From positions 19,840,001-19,904,000 of the forward strand of contig NC_043012.1 in the NCBI RefSeq assembly GCF_006345805.1: DNA of 64,000 nucleotides, in the 5' to 3' direction. Under the pieces are notes generated by a model. The model saw nothing but the letters and a program-made list of their open reading frames with translations. It had not been told where the DNA came from and ran no database searches. Below are positions 1 to 11,930 of the stretch, piece by piece. The stretch comes from Octopus sinensis. Its lineage: Eukaryota. Both the position numbers and the translations under genes were made by a program. Numbering within the stretch: the stretch's first letter is position 1; each line of letters starts with the position of its first letter.

Positions 1-600
1 CACGCTCCATTCTCTACCTTTCAAATTAATTTTTTGTCTTCTTACACAACTTTTTTCCATTATTCTCGGCAATGCGCTAAATCTTCCCAGCGGTCAATTG
101 GAACATTTATCTTATTCAGTCCCGGCTTCAGACAATCTTTGTACCTTATCGCTGGTTTGTGGGACGGACGCCTACCCGTCACCAATTCTTTGTAAAAAAG
201 TTGTTCATGTATTCTGTTGTCTGTCATTCTCAGTGTCCACTCCATCTCAATCTGTACTGCAATAGCAAAGCTTCAATACTGAAGGATTTTCCTATTTCGT
301 CACTCACAAACATTTTTCAGTCGATCCTCAAAATCCTTCTGAGAGATTTTTGATGAAAACTTTCCATAAGTTTTAAGTGCTTACGATACATAGTTCAGGT
401 TTCGCAATCACGCAATAAAGAGGTTAAGGTACATGTATTGTATACCTTAATATCTATCGCAGTGGAAGTACCGTGTCTAGATCATAGGCGGTCTTCCAGT
501 TTGCAAAAGTAAAACTGACTTACTGAATGCGTAGTGACACTTCATCATCAAGATTCGCTGATGTGTTTAGTGCGCTCACGAAGTAAACAAACTTAGAAAC
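1..600 (-). mobile_element. RTE-clade LINE, 3' part of ORF (post-RT region), degenerate
   Basis: Minus-strand translation across stops/frameshifts gives IKVYNTC...LL..CET.TMYRKHLKLMESFHQKSLRRILRID...SIEALLLQYRLRWSGH..RMTDNRIHEQLFYKELVTGRRPSHKPAIRYKDCLK, the typical RTE C-terminal motif series (RLRWxGH...RIPKQLFYGEL..G.R...RYKD.LK). Confidence 0.85.
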
Positions 601-719
601 CACAAGTTTTCTTCCATACACGAAGAAACAAGGTTCTATGTGTGGCATTCCTGGTGCTGGCTGAAACATGACAATAGTTTTGGTTAGATTTATGCTTAAG
701 CCAAGTGCCTCACAAGCTA

Positions 720-850
720 TTCATAAGATCTGTCAAGTCCTCCTCAGTGACAATATCACAATCATCTGCATAGAAGAGGTCTCTAATAAGAGTTGAGGAC
801 GTCCTTGACTTAGTCCGTTGATGTTAAAGATTTTACCTGTTGAGCGATAT

Positions 851-896
<46 letters not shown>

Positions 897-1230
897 CACA
901 GGAACCTTTGTAAACCAACTGAAAAAGCTATAGTAAAATACAGGGAGAAAAGAGTGGGTGCTAGTTCGTCAAATTGTCTTACCCTATACCATCATGAAAC
1001 TGCTTCAGAAAAGTGAGAACCTTTACCGGGAACCCAAGTCTCCTCAAGATCACCCACAAGGCAGTTCGACTGAAAGTCAAAAGCTTTAGAAAGATCAATG
1101 AATACCTGATAAAGTCCTATTTTCTGTCCCACGCACTTTTGTTTTAACTGCCATGAAGAAAAGATCATGGCAATAGCACAGCACCCTAACATTTTTGAAT
1201 CCACTCTGAATACATACATACATATATACA
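720..1230 (-). mobile_element. RTE-clade LINE reverse-transcriptase fragment (same element as 1-600), split by a (TA)n tract at ~853-892
   Basis: ORF 992-1231 contains MIFSSWQLKQKCVGQKIGLYQVFIDLSKAFD, matching the RT segment MIFxxRQLQEKC.E....LY..FIDLxKAFD. Confidence 0.85.
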
Positions 1231-1615
1231 AAATAACTACCTACATACATAGATACGTAATACCTACACACATACATACATACACGCATGCATACATACA
1301 TATAGACATATACATACACCTACATAAATAATAGAGTTTCTTGAAGTTTCCTTATAACATATTCAATCACAAGTCCTTGCATGACGCGGAGAAACGATTT
1401 CCAAAGCAGATCAATTCATTGCAGTCGCTTCCAGAAGATGCAGTGAACTGAAACTTAACGTACAAAGATATAGCTGCAAAGCAATGTTTGTGTAATTTAA
1501 GAAATATTTTATTGGTATTAAAGTTAAAGAAATCCACTAATACCAAGATTATGATATAACAACACTTGCCCTTGTGTATAATCAGTAGATATTCGTTTTA
1601 CATAATTTATATTGA

Positions 1616-1840
1616 TTAATGTTTGACACAAGTACATTGTATTGCTTTGGACACATAATATACATTCTGGTAGTTATTAGGTGCTGGACAGTTGTAATAT
1701 ATTTGATCATCATCTAGGCCTTCTTTTATGAATGGTTTATAGCAACGCTTCGATAAACATTTATTCATTACTGTTTGAGCTTCACACGTTATAATCAGTG
1801 GTTCAATGGGTTTAGTCACCTTTCTTCCATGCGACTTCAT
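1616..1840 (-). CDS. Candidate small Cys-rich coding segment with cystine-knot-like C-terminus (possible exon or pseudogene)
   Basis: 74-aa non-repetitive ORF with 6 Cys, ending NCP-x16-CTCVKH*; AATAAA about 100 nt downstream (rc of 1508-1513). No signal peptide, in-frame stops immediately upstream of the ATG, and no CxGxC motif. Confidence 0.25.
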   Translation of the reverse strand: MKSHGRKVTKPIEPLIITCEAQTVMNKCLSKRCYKPFIKEGLDDDQIYYNCPAPNNYQNVYYVSKAIQCTCVKH

Positions 1841-2767
1841 CTACTACTTCTTAGCGGTACTACTAGTAATTTATGCTATCGTTCAATTTAAATAGATATA
1901 GTACTTTATACTATAATATACACATTAATCACTGCAATGTTATTCATGTGTACAAAATACTTTATCAAAGAGCATTTGTTATACCGTGATTTTTACCCCA
2001 TAACCTCGCAAATCGATCATCTAAATGCACTTAGAGTGATACAAATTGCTCTTGTTTCTTCCGATTTTCATAACAACATTTGGCATTCTAAATGTGAAAC
2101 CCAACTGATTATATATCACTACTTGTTCATCGCTCCTGCCGTCGAATTTATATTCGCGGAAATAATTTAGTTTTAGGGTTAAATGGAAATGTAACGTGCA
2201 CTATACGAAATATCAACTCTACAAACATAAATATTTCCAGTATAAAATGTCTACATGCAAGCACGATTGGCGAGTGCATGCGAACTTTCTAACCAGTGGA
2301 AATTGACTAATTAGGGTTCGAAGTGTTTAATTTCTCACTTGCAAATGATTTTCGCCCCGTCTTTCTTCAATTACGTTCGGAGTAATTTAAGCAAGGTGAA
2401 ATTACACATGTATATTCTCTTTAACAGAGAAAGAAACTGTCCGCTTCATGCCATTTATTTGATGGCACAAAAGCCTAGAAAAAAACAAAAAGAGTAAAAT
2501 GCATGCATAATTCATAAATAACATACCAGTTTATTCTATGAAAGTAATGCAAAACAATCATTACAATGAACTACTTTCAAATGAACTACTTTCGTGCAAT
2601 TTCCCTTTATGCCTATGGCGGTTAGTAAACAGAATATTCGTCGGTTACAGGGTAACTGCATTCCGGCGGCAGTTTTGGTTTTCATATCGGTGCTGACTCT
2701 CTCTCTCTCTCTCCTCCTCTCTCCCCTCTATCTCTGTGTTTCCCTCTGCATATATATATATTATATA

Positions 2768-2794
<27 letters not shown>

Positions 2795-2801
<7 letters not shown>

Positions 2802-2938
2802 TTAGTGTAGGAAGAAATGGAGCTGAACGAAGATTTAACAAAATTCCTTTTTATTATTTTCTACATATGTTGAAAATAATAAAAAGGAATTTTGTTAAAT
2901 CTTCGTTCAGCTCCATTTCTTCCTACACTAAATATATA
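2795..2938. repeat. 144-bp near-perfect palindrome
   Basis: Arms pair base for base around the centre ACAT|ATGT (2866/2867) with one T.T mismatch (2862/2871). Confidence 0.95.
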
Positions 2939-3114
2939 AAACTTCAAATTTCCGCACTAAGGCTCGGGTTTGAGACCCCATGGTCGTGACCTCAACTGTG
3001 ATTTTTCTGTTGTGATTTTTGCTACCCAGGTATCGGTTATCATTTGAATAATCCGTAAAAAGATAATTCATTTATCCATTTCAATATTATATATATATAT
3101 ATTATATATATATA

Positions 3115-3165
<51 letters not shown>

Positions 3166-3907
3166 AGTATGTGTATGTGTGTGTGTGTGTTTTAATTAAC
3201 CTGTTGAATTTGACGCATGCGGTGAAAACCACTCAAATACTTGGCGATTTTGTCTACCTTGAAATTTAAAAATCTTTTATAGCTGTTTAACGCAAATTTT
3301 CCTATTTTCCAACTGTACCCTATTTTTCCGAACAGTATATATTATATTCATTTTAAATCCCCAATCAGGAAATCTCCGTCAATAATAAAAAAAATATATA
3401 TAAATATGATTTTATATTTCTGGCCTTTCATCTCGTTGACAAGCAAAACTGAAAATTTTTCAGCGAGCAACACGGGCTATGAAATAAAATTGTTTGTAAT
3501 TCGATAAATTCTGATCACTCAGTGACTAAAATCACAGCTTCCATTATTCGTTTAGAATTGGAAAGAAGTATTGTAAAATTTCTGCCGTCAATAAAAGAAA
3601 GAAAATACTGCGTTGGGTAGCACAGCTGATGTATTTATTTCCACACGTTTGTGAAAACATCTTTAAAGTTCTAAGCTGCAGGCAAGTTGTGCATATCAAA
3701 ATACTTTTATAGATTATAGAGTTCAAATTGTTTTTGCCGTATTTATAGACTTCCATGGTTATGTCATCCACTTCTGGTGAATGAAATGATTTCAGGTACA
3801 TGATTGCGGTGTGAAGACCCTGAACCTTAAATCCCAGTAGCATGCTGAAATTCATTTTCAGCTTTGTAGAACAAATGGACATATTTCATTGTCAACTGAT
3901 GCCTCCA

Positions 3908-3980
<73 letters not shown>

Positions 3981-3999
3981 TTTTTTATTTTATAGAAGG

Positions 4000-4050
4000 A
4001 GCTTCTACAGGACTAGAACTGTTTCATTCAAAAGAAATCATCAGGAAGCT
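4000..4050 (-). ncRNA. Type I hammerhead ribozyme motif (PLE pLTR)
   Basis: Minus strand: AGCTTC-CTGATGA-TTTCTTTTGAAT-GAA-ACAG TTCTAGTC CTGT-A-GAAGCT; 6-bp helix I, intact core, GUA cleavage triplet. Confidence 0.8.
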
Positions 4051-4559
4051 TTGTGTCAAGAATAGTTTGGGCATTTATACATTTAGGCAGATTTAAAGGG
4101 GGGGGGCGCATTTTTGGGGGTAGGCATGGCGCAAACTGTCTTTCTTAGGGGAGTGGTCAAAAGAATCAGTAATAAAGTAGATAAATGAATAAATAGAATA
4201 ATAGAATAATAGAATAGAGTTTTAGGTAAATAAGAAGACTATATGCAAGCACACGCACACACATATCTACACACATATATATAAAAAAAGAATATACACA
4301 CCCATACACACACACACACTCATATATATACATACACATACACACACGCATATATATACATATGTGTATACATGCACACATATACACACACATTTTCCTC
4401 CCTTATTTTATCTTTATTTTTATTTTTATTTTGACCTCGACCTACCCACGCGCCGACAAACATTTAGTAGCGGCTGAGGTAGACCCTCCCGAGGGAGTAA
4501 GCCGGCCTAAAAGAAAACCGTTTATTGCCCATCTCCCTTCCTTTCTATCTCTCTTCCCA

Positions 4560-5089
4560 CGGATACGAACACAAACACTCACACACACACACACACTCCA
4601 CACACACACGCACACTCACACGCACACACATACACATATACAAACGCACATGTTCTATGTATACACATACATATACACACACAAGTACTCATGCTCATGC
4701 ATTCATAAGTGTACCCACTTTCACATAAACGTACACATAACTATGTACACACAAAACCACATATATAAATGTACCTCAGTACACATAAACACACATGAAC
4801 GTCTGCCCGCATATAGAAACGCATATGCGTATATACAGCCATTTGTGCATATAAACATACATACGCATATATACGCATCCACACGCTTATAAATACATGT
4901 ATGCACACATGCACGCATACACGTGTACATAAAAGCATACCTACATATACACACATATATATACATACACGCACGTATATACACATAGGTACACGTACGT
5001 ACAAATAAATACATATCTACACACATACACATACATACATCTGTACACATACAGAAATCTACAGTACTATATATACACACACATATATC

Positions 5090-5163
<74 letters not shown>

Positions 5164-5825
5164 CATATACATATACTACACACACACATACGTACATACC
5201 TACATATACATACACATATATACTTACACCAATCATATACATACCTACATACACATACATCCATATATATCTATACATATACATATATATAAATACATGC
5301 TCATGCTAATACACGTACGCATATCTACGCACATGCACGCACACATATCTATCTAAATATATAAGAACCCAACAAGTCCATACATATACACACATACATA
5401 TACATATATGTGTACATACATACACATACATGTACACACATATCCCCATATATATATACATCTATATATATACATACATATATATATATATATATACATA
5501 CAATACACACACATATACATACATGCATACACAAATAATAAATATATATACGTGCAAATACCCATACTCACACATACATATACGCGTACATGTACACATA
5601 CATACAGATACATACATATAAACATACACATATATATAAATACACATATATATATATATACATACATATACACATATATATACATACATACATATACATA
5701 AGCACACAAGCGTACATATATATATCCATACATACACATAAACACATATATGTACACATTTAAAGATATATACAAATGTAAATACCCGTACACATATATA
5801 TACGCATATTCATATTTACACCCAT

Positions 5826-5880
<55 letters not shown>

Positions 5881-6330
5881 CACCCATAAACATATACACA
5901 AGCATATACCTACACGTAAAATGTACTCGTATACACACACACTCATACACTTGTACATACACACACATATATATGTACACACATATATATGCACATATAC
6001 ACATTTACATATACACACATACATATACATACATACATACATACACATACATATATATCCATAAATACATATATGTACATATACATACACATACATATAC
6101 ACATATATATACATACACACGTATATATACATACATATATGTATATATATATACACATACATATATATACACATGCATAAGCATGTACACATATACACAA
6201 GCACACGCATGCACGCCTTCACATACACATGTACATACACTTTTGCACATACACTCACATACAAATACGTATATGCACTCGTATACATATATGTGCGCAC
6301 ACGCACATATGCCAGCATCCATGTATATGT
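4560..6330. repeat. Compound (CA)/(TA)/(TACA) microsatellite inside the PLE 3' region
   Basis: About 1.8 kb of mixed dinucleotide repeats; source of the [12 protein letters not shown] pseudo-ORFs. Confidence 0.95.
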
Positions 6331-6408
6331 GAGTAGTCTTAGGAGAGAAGGTAATTGGGGATGCTGAGGGGATGGTGGGGGTGGGGTGTTTTTGTGGGTG
6401 GGGTGTCG

Positions 6409-7000
6409 TCAATCGGTTTGCCGGGTGGGTCTGTAGTATTTGTAGTTTGCATAAATTTTGTGCATACAATTTGGGGAGTGTTCCGAGATCTTGTTGAGGA
6501 GAGGGCCTTTGGAGAACAAGATCTCCAGGCTCTCAGAAATGCAAAGGTCACAGCAGGTATGGCCTCCTGTGTACGAACGCGCCCTCTGTAGTAGTCTCCA
6601 CTTGATCTTGAAGGGGATGGAGTTCCTTTTAAGGTACCAGATGTGGGCGGCGAGAGTAGTCTGGTTCGACTTGTCAGGTCGCCGGAACGAGTGTGTGTGT
6701 GCGTACCAGCGAGTCATAAAGCTATTTGACGTCATTCTGATGTACGATTTTCTTTTATCATCGGGGCCTGATCGTACCTCGCATATGTAGACGAGGTCCT
6801 TCTATAAGCAGTTGTTGTTGAGGGGGCAAGTGGTTTTATCAGGGCAGTTGCAATTGCTTTTGGATGTTGGATGGGCTTCGGAAAAAGTAGATTTATTAAG
6901 TTTTTTTACGTTATTGTTGTCTACGTTCCTGGCTAGATTGGGTGTGGTGGAGTAGGAGGGTCTAATGGTATTCTTATTAAGGATTGTATAGTACTTATGT
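6409..7000 (-). pseudogene. PLE Cys-rich linker plus GIY-YIG endonuclease, one in-frame TAG at 6802-6804
   Basis: ILNKNTIRPSYSTTPN...CNCPDKTTCPLNNNCL*KDLVYICEV...SYIRMTSNSFMTRWYAHTHSF...TLAAHIWYLKRNSIPFKIKW...CCDLCISESLEIL...LLNK. It shows the VY/YIG-type motif (YIR here), R..H and C..C typical of PLE endonucleases. ORFs 6802-7044 and 6409-6735 share a frame. Confidence 0.9.
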
Positions 7001-7235
7001 TGGGTGGGGAATGTATGTAGATATGTGTGTGCGTGTGCTTGCATATAGTCTTCTTATTTACCTAAAACTCTATTCTATTATTCTATTTATTCATTTATCT
7101 ACTTTATCACTGATTCTTTTGACCACTCCCCTAAGAAAGACAGTTTGCGCCAGGCCTACCCCCAAAAATGTCCCCCCACCACCACCCCTTTAAATCTGCC
7201 TAAATGTGTAAATGCCCAAACTATTCTTGACACAA

Positions 7236-7286
7236 AGCTTCCTGATGATTTCTTTTGAATGAAACAGTTCTAGTCCTGTAGAAGCT
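7236..7286 (+). ncRNA. Type I hammerhead ribozyme motif (PLE pLTR)
   Basis: Identical to 4000-4050 on the opposite strand. Confidence 0.8.
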
Positions 7287-7371
7287 CCTTCTATAAAATA
7301 AATTAATTTACTCTGCTATGTATTGAGTACCTTATTTACTGTGGTTAACCCCGACTCAACCCGGGACCTAC

Positions 7372-7385
7372 ATATATATATATAT

Positions 7386-7436
<51 letters not shown>

Positions 7437-7442
7437 TAGATT

Positions 7443-7478
<36 letters not shown>

Positions 7479-7491
7479 TCACAATAAATAC

Positions 7492-7535
<44 letters not shown>
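7372..7535. repeat. (TA)n/(GATA)n microsatellite
   Basis: Direct reading of the sequence. Confidence 0.95.
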
Positions 7536-7537
<2 letters not shown>

Positions 7538-7842
7538 GCGTGGGGTCTGCATGTAGCTCTGTTCGTGCGTGTGAGAGAGAATTGTGTGTTTGTCTGTGTC
7601 TGTGTCTTTGTGTGAGTGTGTGTGGCCATGCATATAAGGTACCGCGCAATTGGAGACAACAAGAAACTTCATGGCTGTTAAATATAACTGCTTATGTTCT
7701 CAAAGTAACGCGTACCCAAATCTAATGCATGTATTCATAAGTTCATAGTCATTGGTAGTAGATTATAGTATCTTTTCCCTTTAACACTACATTCGTTACA
7801 GCTATATATATATGTATATATATATTATATATATTATATATG

Positions 7843-7902
<60 letters not shown>

Positions 7903-8256
7903 CATATGCAAACAAAATACAACATTGAGAAATTGATTTGGTGTAACAATTCATATATTTAAATATGGTTTCGCAACGACTATATCTCACCGTAGCTCAC
8001 TGGATTTATTATGAGACATTGTTCATCATAAAAGCGTTATTTGGTAAAACCATAAAAGTGTATATACTTAATTGAAAGTGAAGTATATAAATAACATAAT
8101 GCATATATATATATACCACACTATGGAAGCCTCGTAGACAATATTTCTTGAGTATATTATTGTGTAATATAGTTTGTGAAGGCATGTATAAAGTGTTGCA
8201 TGAGATTTCCAGAATAAGTTCATGCCTCTCTAGATATTTATATGTGTATATGTGCG

Positions 8257-8287
<31 letters not shown>

Positions 8288-9335
8288 GTGTGTGTGTGTG
8301 TGTGTGTGTGTTTGTGCGTGTGTGTATGTATTTATATATGTATTAATCGTATGTGAGTGTCTATGAATAATAGCTGAAATACAAAAGGAAGAAGAAAAGG
8401 TCAGGGTAAGTTAAAGAAATGTTAGAGATACAGACACAATACACAGTGGCCAAAAGAATGTATTATTCGTTATGGTATTTTTGTGAAAAATGTTTAAGTA
8501 TCTCAATGTGCATCAATATTCAGTCCATAAACCATATTCATCTCACGGTATAAAACTACTTTAATATTGTTTTGCGATGTTAGTGCTAAAATATCTAGTC
8601 ACATAGGAGTTCATGAAGTTGATACATATGTTCCAAGATTTTTATAATGCATCTTAGTTGCGTACATCCGCCTGTTTACGTTCGATATTTCAAATGCATA
8701 GTTAAATCGTATCTTACATCATTACACGGAATTAAAAGTAATGCCAATGATTTAAGTAGTTAGAGCGCTCTACAGTAGTAGACAGTCCGTCTTCCACAGC
8801 ACATTTAACAATATCAAAAACATTACATTATTTGAACAACCTCATACAGAACTGGTGCACAATGACACACCTGCGAGTTGGTGTGTGCATTCTTGTTATA
8901 AATTACTAGAAAAATTGTCTCCCGCGTTCCTCTTCTTCCCGCTCCAAATAATTTCTTAATCTGACACCACTCCTATAACTTCTTAGTCTTTGTTTCTACC
9001 TAAATGCATTTTCAGGTTACCTTAACATATTTAATTATTTACTCAAAAATAGACCCGTAAATGACTCCAGCCTCAACTCTCATTTATTCCCCAAGCTGGC
9101 TTCAATAGTATCAAAATTCCCCTCATAGGTCCCCCCTCCATTCGCTTTTCATATTCCTACTCTTTTAATTTAACCACTCCCGTATGTTACTTCGTCAGTA
9201 ATATGCTTTTTTTCTCAATTTATATGCTTTCCACGCACTTTCTATCGAATATCCTGCAACTCAACATGGGATCTCTTGACAACAATGTTAACTAATTTTG
9301 ATTAAGCTATCTTAGGACTGACGACCATCCAGCGG

Positions 9336-9379
<44 letters not shown>

Positions 9380-9421
9380 ATGCACACACACACACATATA
9401 TATATATATATCAATGCACAG

Positions 9422-9452
<31 letters not shown>

Positions 9453-9599
9453 TCGATATTATCAAGTGGCCAGCATGGGAAAAAATACCGTATAAAGGTA
9501 ATAATTTTTTTACGACTAAAAATAAGGCTGTATAAGGGTGTCTCTTAGACGCTCTTATTTTTAGTATATATATATATATTTTTATATATATATATATAT

Positions 9600-9715
9600 A
9601 TAGGGTTAAGCAACAGGTTGCTTAGCCACATACCGAAAATTTAGAAATAGCAGTCAAAAACCGCTTATTCCTATTTACTACCAATATAGCTCCACATATA
9701 GCATTTACTGTAACT
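9600..9715 (-). repeat. Dispersed repeat fragment shared with 38870-38970, ending at (TA)n
   Basis: The reverse complement contains TTTGACTGCTATTTCTAAA..TCGGTRTGTGG...GCAA..GTTGCT.AACCCT, also seen on the plus strand at ~38909-38965. Confidence 0.6.
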
Positions 9716-10261
9716 GACATATGTAAAAAGAAGGGTAAATAACGAAAACAAACAGTCATCGGTCAGTTGTGGACGCGTTTCTGGGTTAGAATTATAAAGA
9801 ACTCATTCCCTTATAACAAACCACAGTGCACTTTCTGTGGGATTATTTTGTAACACACATGGTAACCTTGGAGGGAATATACGAATTCATTCGTCTATAT
9901 GGATTTGGTCTATATGAAGTGGAACTTGAAAATGCTGATGAGCGATTCGCCAGAGAGTTGTTTGTCTCTAAACCTTTCGCTCGAGTCCACCACACACATT
10001 CATTCACCATGGCCACCAGTACGATGAAGACTGACTTGCCTTCCGAGTTAAGGCAAGGTGGCGGAGCAATTTTCACGATAGACGCGGTAGAAAGGCGGAC
10101 TCGGCTGACAGCAGCGGTTCGGCATAAGCCCACAGGTCCGAAATGGTTGGACATTGCACGAGTGCATGCAAAACGGCCTCGTCACTCTGACCGCATATCC
10201 AGCAAGTCGGTCCAATTTGTCTCGAACCGTACCTGTAGAGCTTATTCCGAACGGCTAATGC

Positions 10262-11930
10262 TTCAAGATTTTTGGGAAATTTTCAAAACATTTTTTGAGA
10301 AATTTTTCGAGAAAATATTCGGTGAAAATTTTCGAAAAATTTTTAGGGAAAATTTTGGACAAATTTTTGGGTAAAATTTTCGGTGAAAATTTTGGAAAAA
10401 TTTTTGGGCAAAATTTTCAGTGAAAATTTTCAAAAAATTTTTGGGTAAAATTTTTGGTGAAAATTTTGGAGAAATTTTTCGAGAAAATTTTCAGTTAAAA
10501 TTTTCGAAATATTTTGGGGGAAAATTTTCTATGAAAATTTTTGGGGGAGAATTTTTGGTAAAAATTTTCAAAAAATTTTTAGGGAAAATTATGGAAGACC
10601 AGCAGTGCCTAAATCACAAAGTATGGAAGGCCAGCGGTGCAAAAATCACAAAGTATGGAAGGCCAGCGGTGCCAAAATCACAAAGTATGGAAGGCCAGCG
10701 GTGCCAAAATCGGTCAAAAATTTTTAGGGAGAATTTTTGGTGAAAATTTTCGAGAAATTTTTGGGGAAAATTTTCGGTGATAATTTTCGAAAAACTTTTC
10801 TGAAATTTTCGGTGAAAATTTTCAAAAAATTCTTGTGTAAAATTTTCGAAATATTTTAGGGCAAAATTTACGTCGAAAATTTTCGAAAAATTTTTGGGTA
10901 AAATTTTCGAAATATTTTTGGGCAATATTTTCGGTGAAAATTTTCGATAAATTTTTGCGGAAAATTTTCGGTGATAATTTTCCAAAAATTTTTGGGGAAA
11001 ATTTTCGGTGAAATATTCGGTGAAAATTTTCAAAAAATTTTTGCGTAAAATTTTCGAAAAATTTTAGGGCAAAATTTACGTCGAAAATTTTCGAAAAATT
11101 TTTGGGTAAAATTTTCGAAATATTTTTGGGCAATATTTTCGGTGAAAATGTTCGATAAATTTTTGCGGAAAATTTTCGGTGATAATTTTCCAAAAATTTT
11201 TGGGGAAAATTTTCGGTGAAATATTCGGTGAAAATTTTCAAAAAATTTTTGCGTAAAATTTTCGAAAAATTTTAGGGCAAAATTTACGTCGAAAATTTTC
11301 GAAAAATTTTTGGGTAAAATTTTCGAAATATTTTTGGGCAATATTTTCGGTGAAAATTTTCGATAAATTTTTGCGGAAAATTTTCGGTGATAATTTTCCA
11401 AAAATTTTTGGGGAAAATTTTCGGTGAAATATTCGGTGAAAATTTTCAAAAAATTTTTGCGTAAAATTTTCGAAAAATTTTGGGGTAAAATTTTCGTTGA
11501 AAATTTTGGAAAAATTTTGGGGGAAAATTTTCAAAATATTTTTGCGGAAAAAAGTTTGGTGAAAATTTTGGAGAAATTTTTCGAGGAAATTTTCCGTGAA
11601 AATTTTCGAAAAATTTTTGTGCAAAATTTTCGGTCAAAATTTTCGAAAGATTTTTGGGGAAAATTTTCGGCGAAAATTTTTGTAAAATTTTTGGGAAAAT
11701 TTTCGAAAAATTTTTGGGCAAAATTTTCACTGAAAATTTTCGAAAAATTTCTGGGGAAAATTTTCGAAAAATTTTTGGAGAAAATTTTCAATGAAAATTT
11801 TCAAAAAATTTTTGGCTAAAATTTTTGGTGAAAATTTTGGAGAAATTTTCAGCAATTTTGATGAAAATTTTCAAAAAACTTTTCCAAAATTTTGATGAAA
11901 ATTTTTTAAAACTTTTGTGGAATTTATGGC
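10262..11930. repeat. Satellite of 12-13-bp monomers (e.g. CGGTGAAAATTTT / CGAAAAATTTTT / GGGxAAAATTTT) with a 208-bp higher-order repeat
   Basis: The marker AATTTACGTCG recurs with CGTC at 10871, 11079 and 11287 (period 208); the minus-strand ORF ends at 10614/10822/11030/11238 share the same spacing. Confidence 0.95.
10591..10710 (+). repeat. 32-bp minisatellite (~3.7 copies) embedded in the satellite
   Basis: Unit ATGGAAGGCCAGCGGTGCCAAAATCACAAAGT starting at 10591, 10623, 10655 and 10687. Confidence 0.95.

Larger units (their letters stand above)
3988..7372 (-). mobile_element. 5'-truncated Penelope-like element with inverted pseudo-LTRs
   Basis: ~285-bp inverted repeats (3988-4272 vs 7013-7297), each carrying a hammerhead motif, enclose a GIY-YIG endonuclease remnant; both ends abut (TA)n. 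Confidence 0.9.

Noticed and set aside
3544-3882. 112-aa non-repetitive ORF
   Set aside because: No recognisable domain or convincing splice context; a length that can arise by chance.
4430-4510. GGCCGGC start resembling an HDV-like ribozyme on the minus strand
   Set aside because: P1', P3/L3 and P1.1 elements could not be completed.
9010-9200. Minus-strand CTGACGA...GAA-AATGCATT motif
   Set aside because: No helix I pairing and a ~170-nt unpaired helix II region.
9933-9960. CTGATGA-GCGATTCGC
   Set aside because: No GAAA follows and the stem has a 1-nt loop.
10591-10710. 32-bp repeats as a CRISPR array (also the 30-bp pair at 38838-38956)
   Set aside because: The units are head-to-tail with no unique spacers, or are only two copies; the context is eukaryotic with no cas genes.
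10420-11819. K/F/E/N-rich repetitive ORFs of 86-139 aa
   Set aside because: They are a by-product of a stop-poor satellite and are open on both strands and in several frames.
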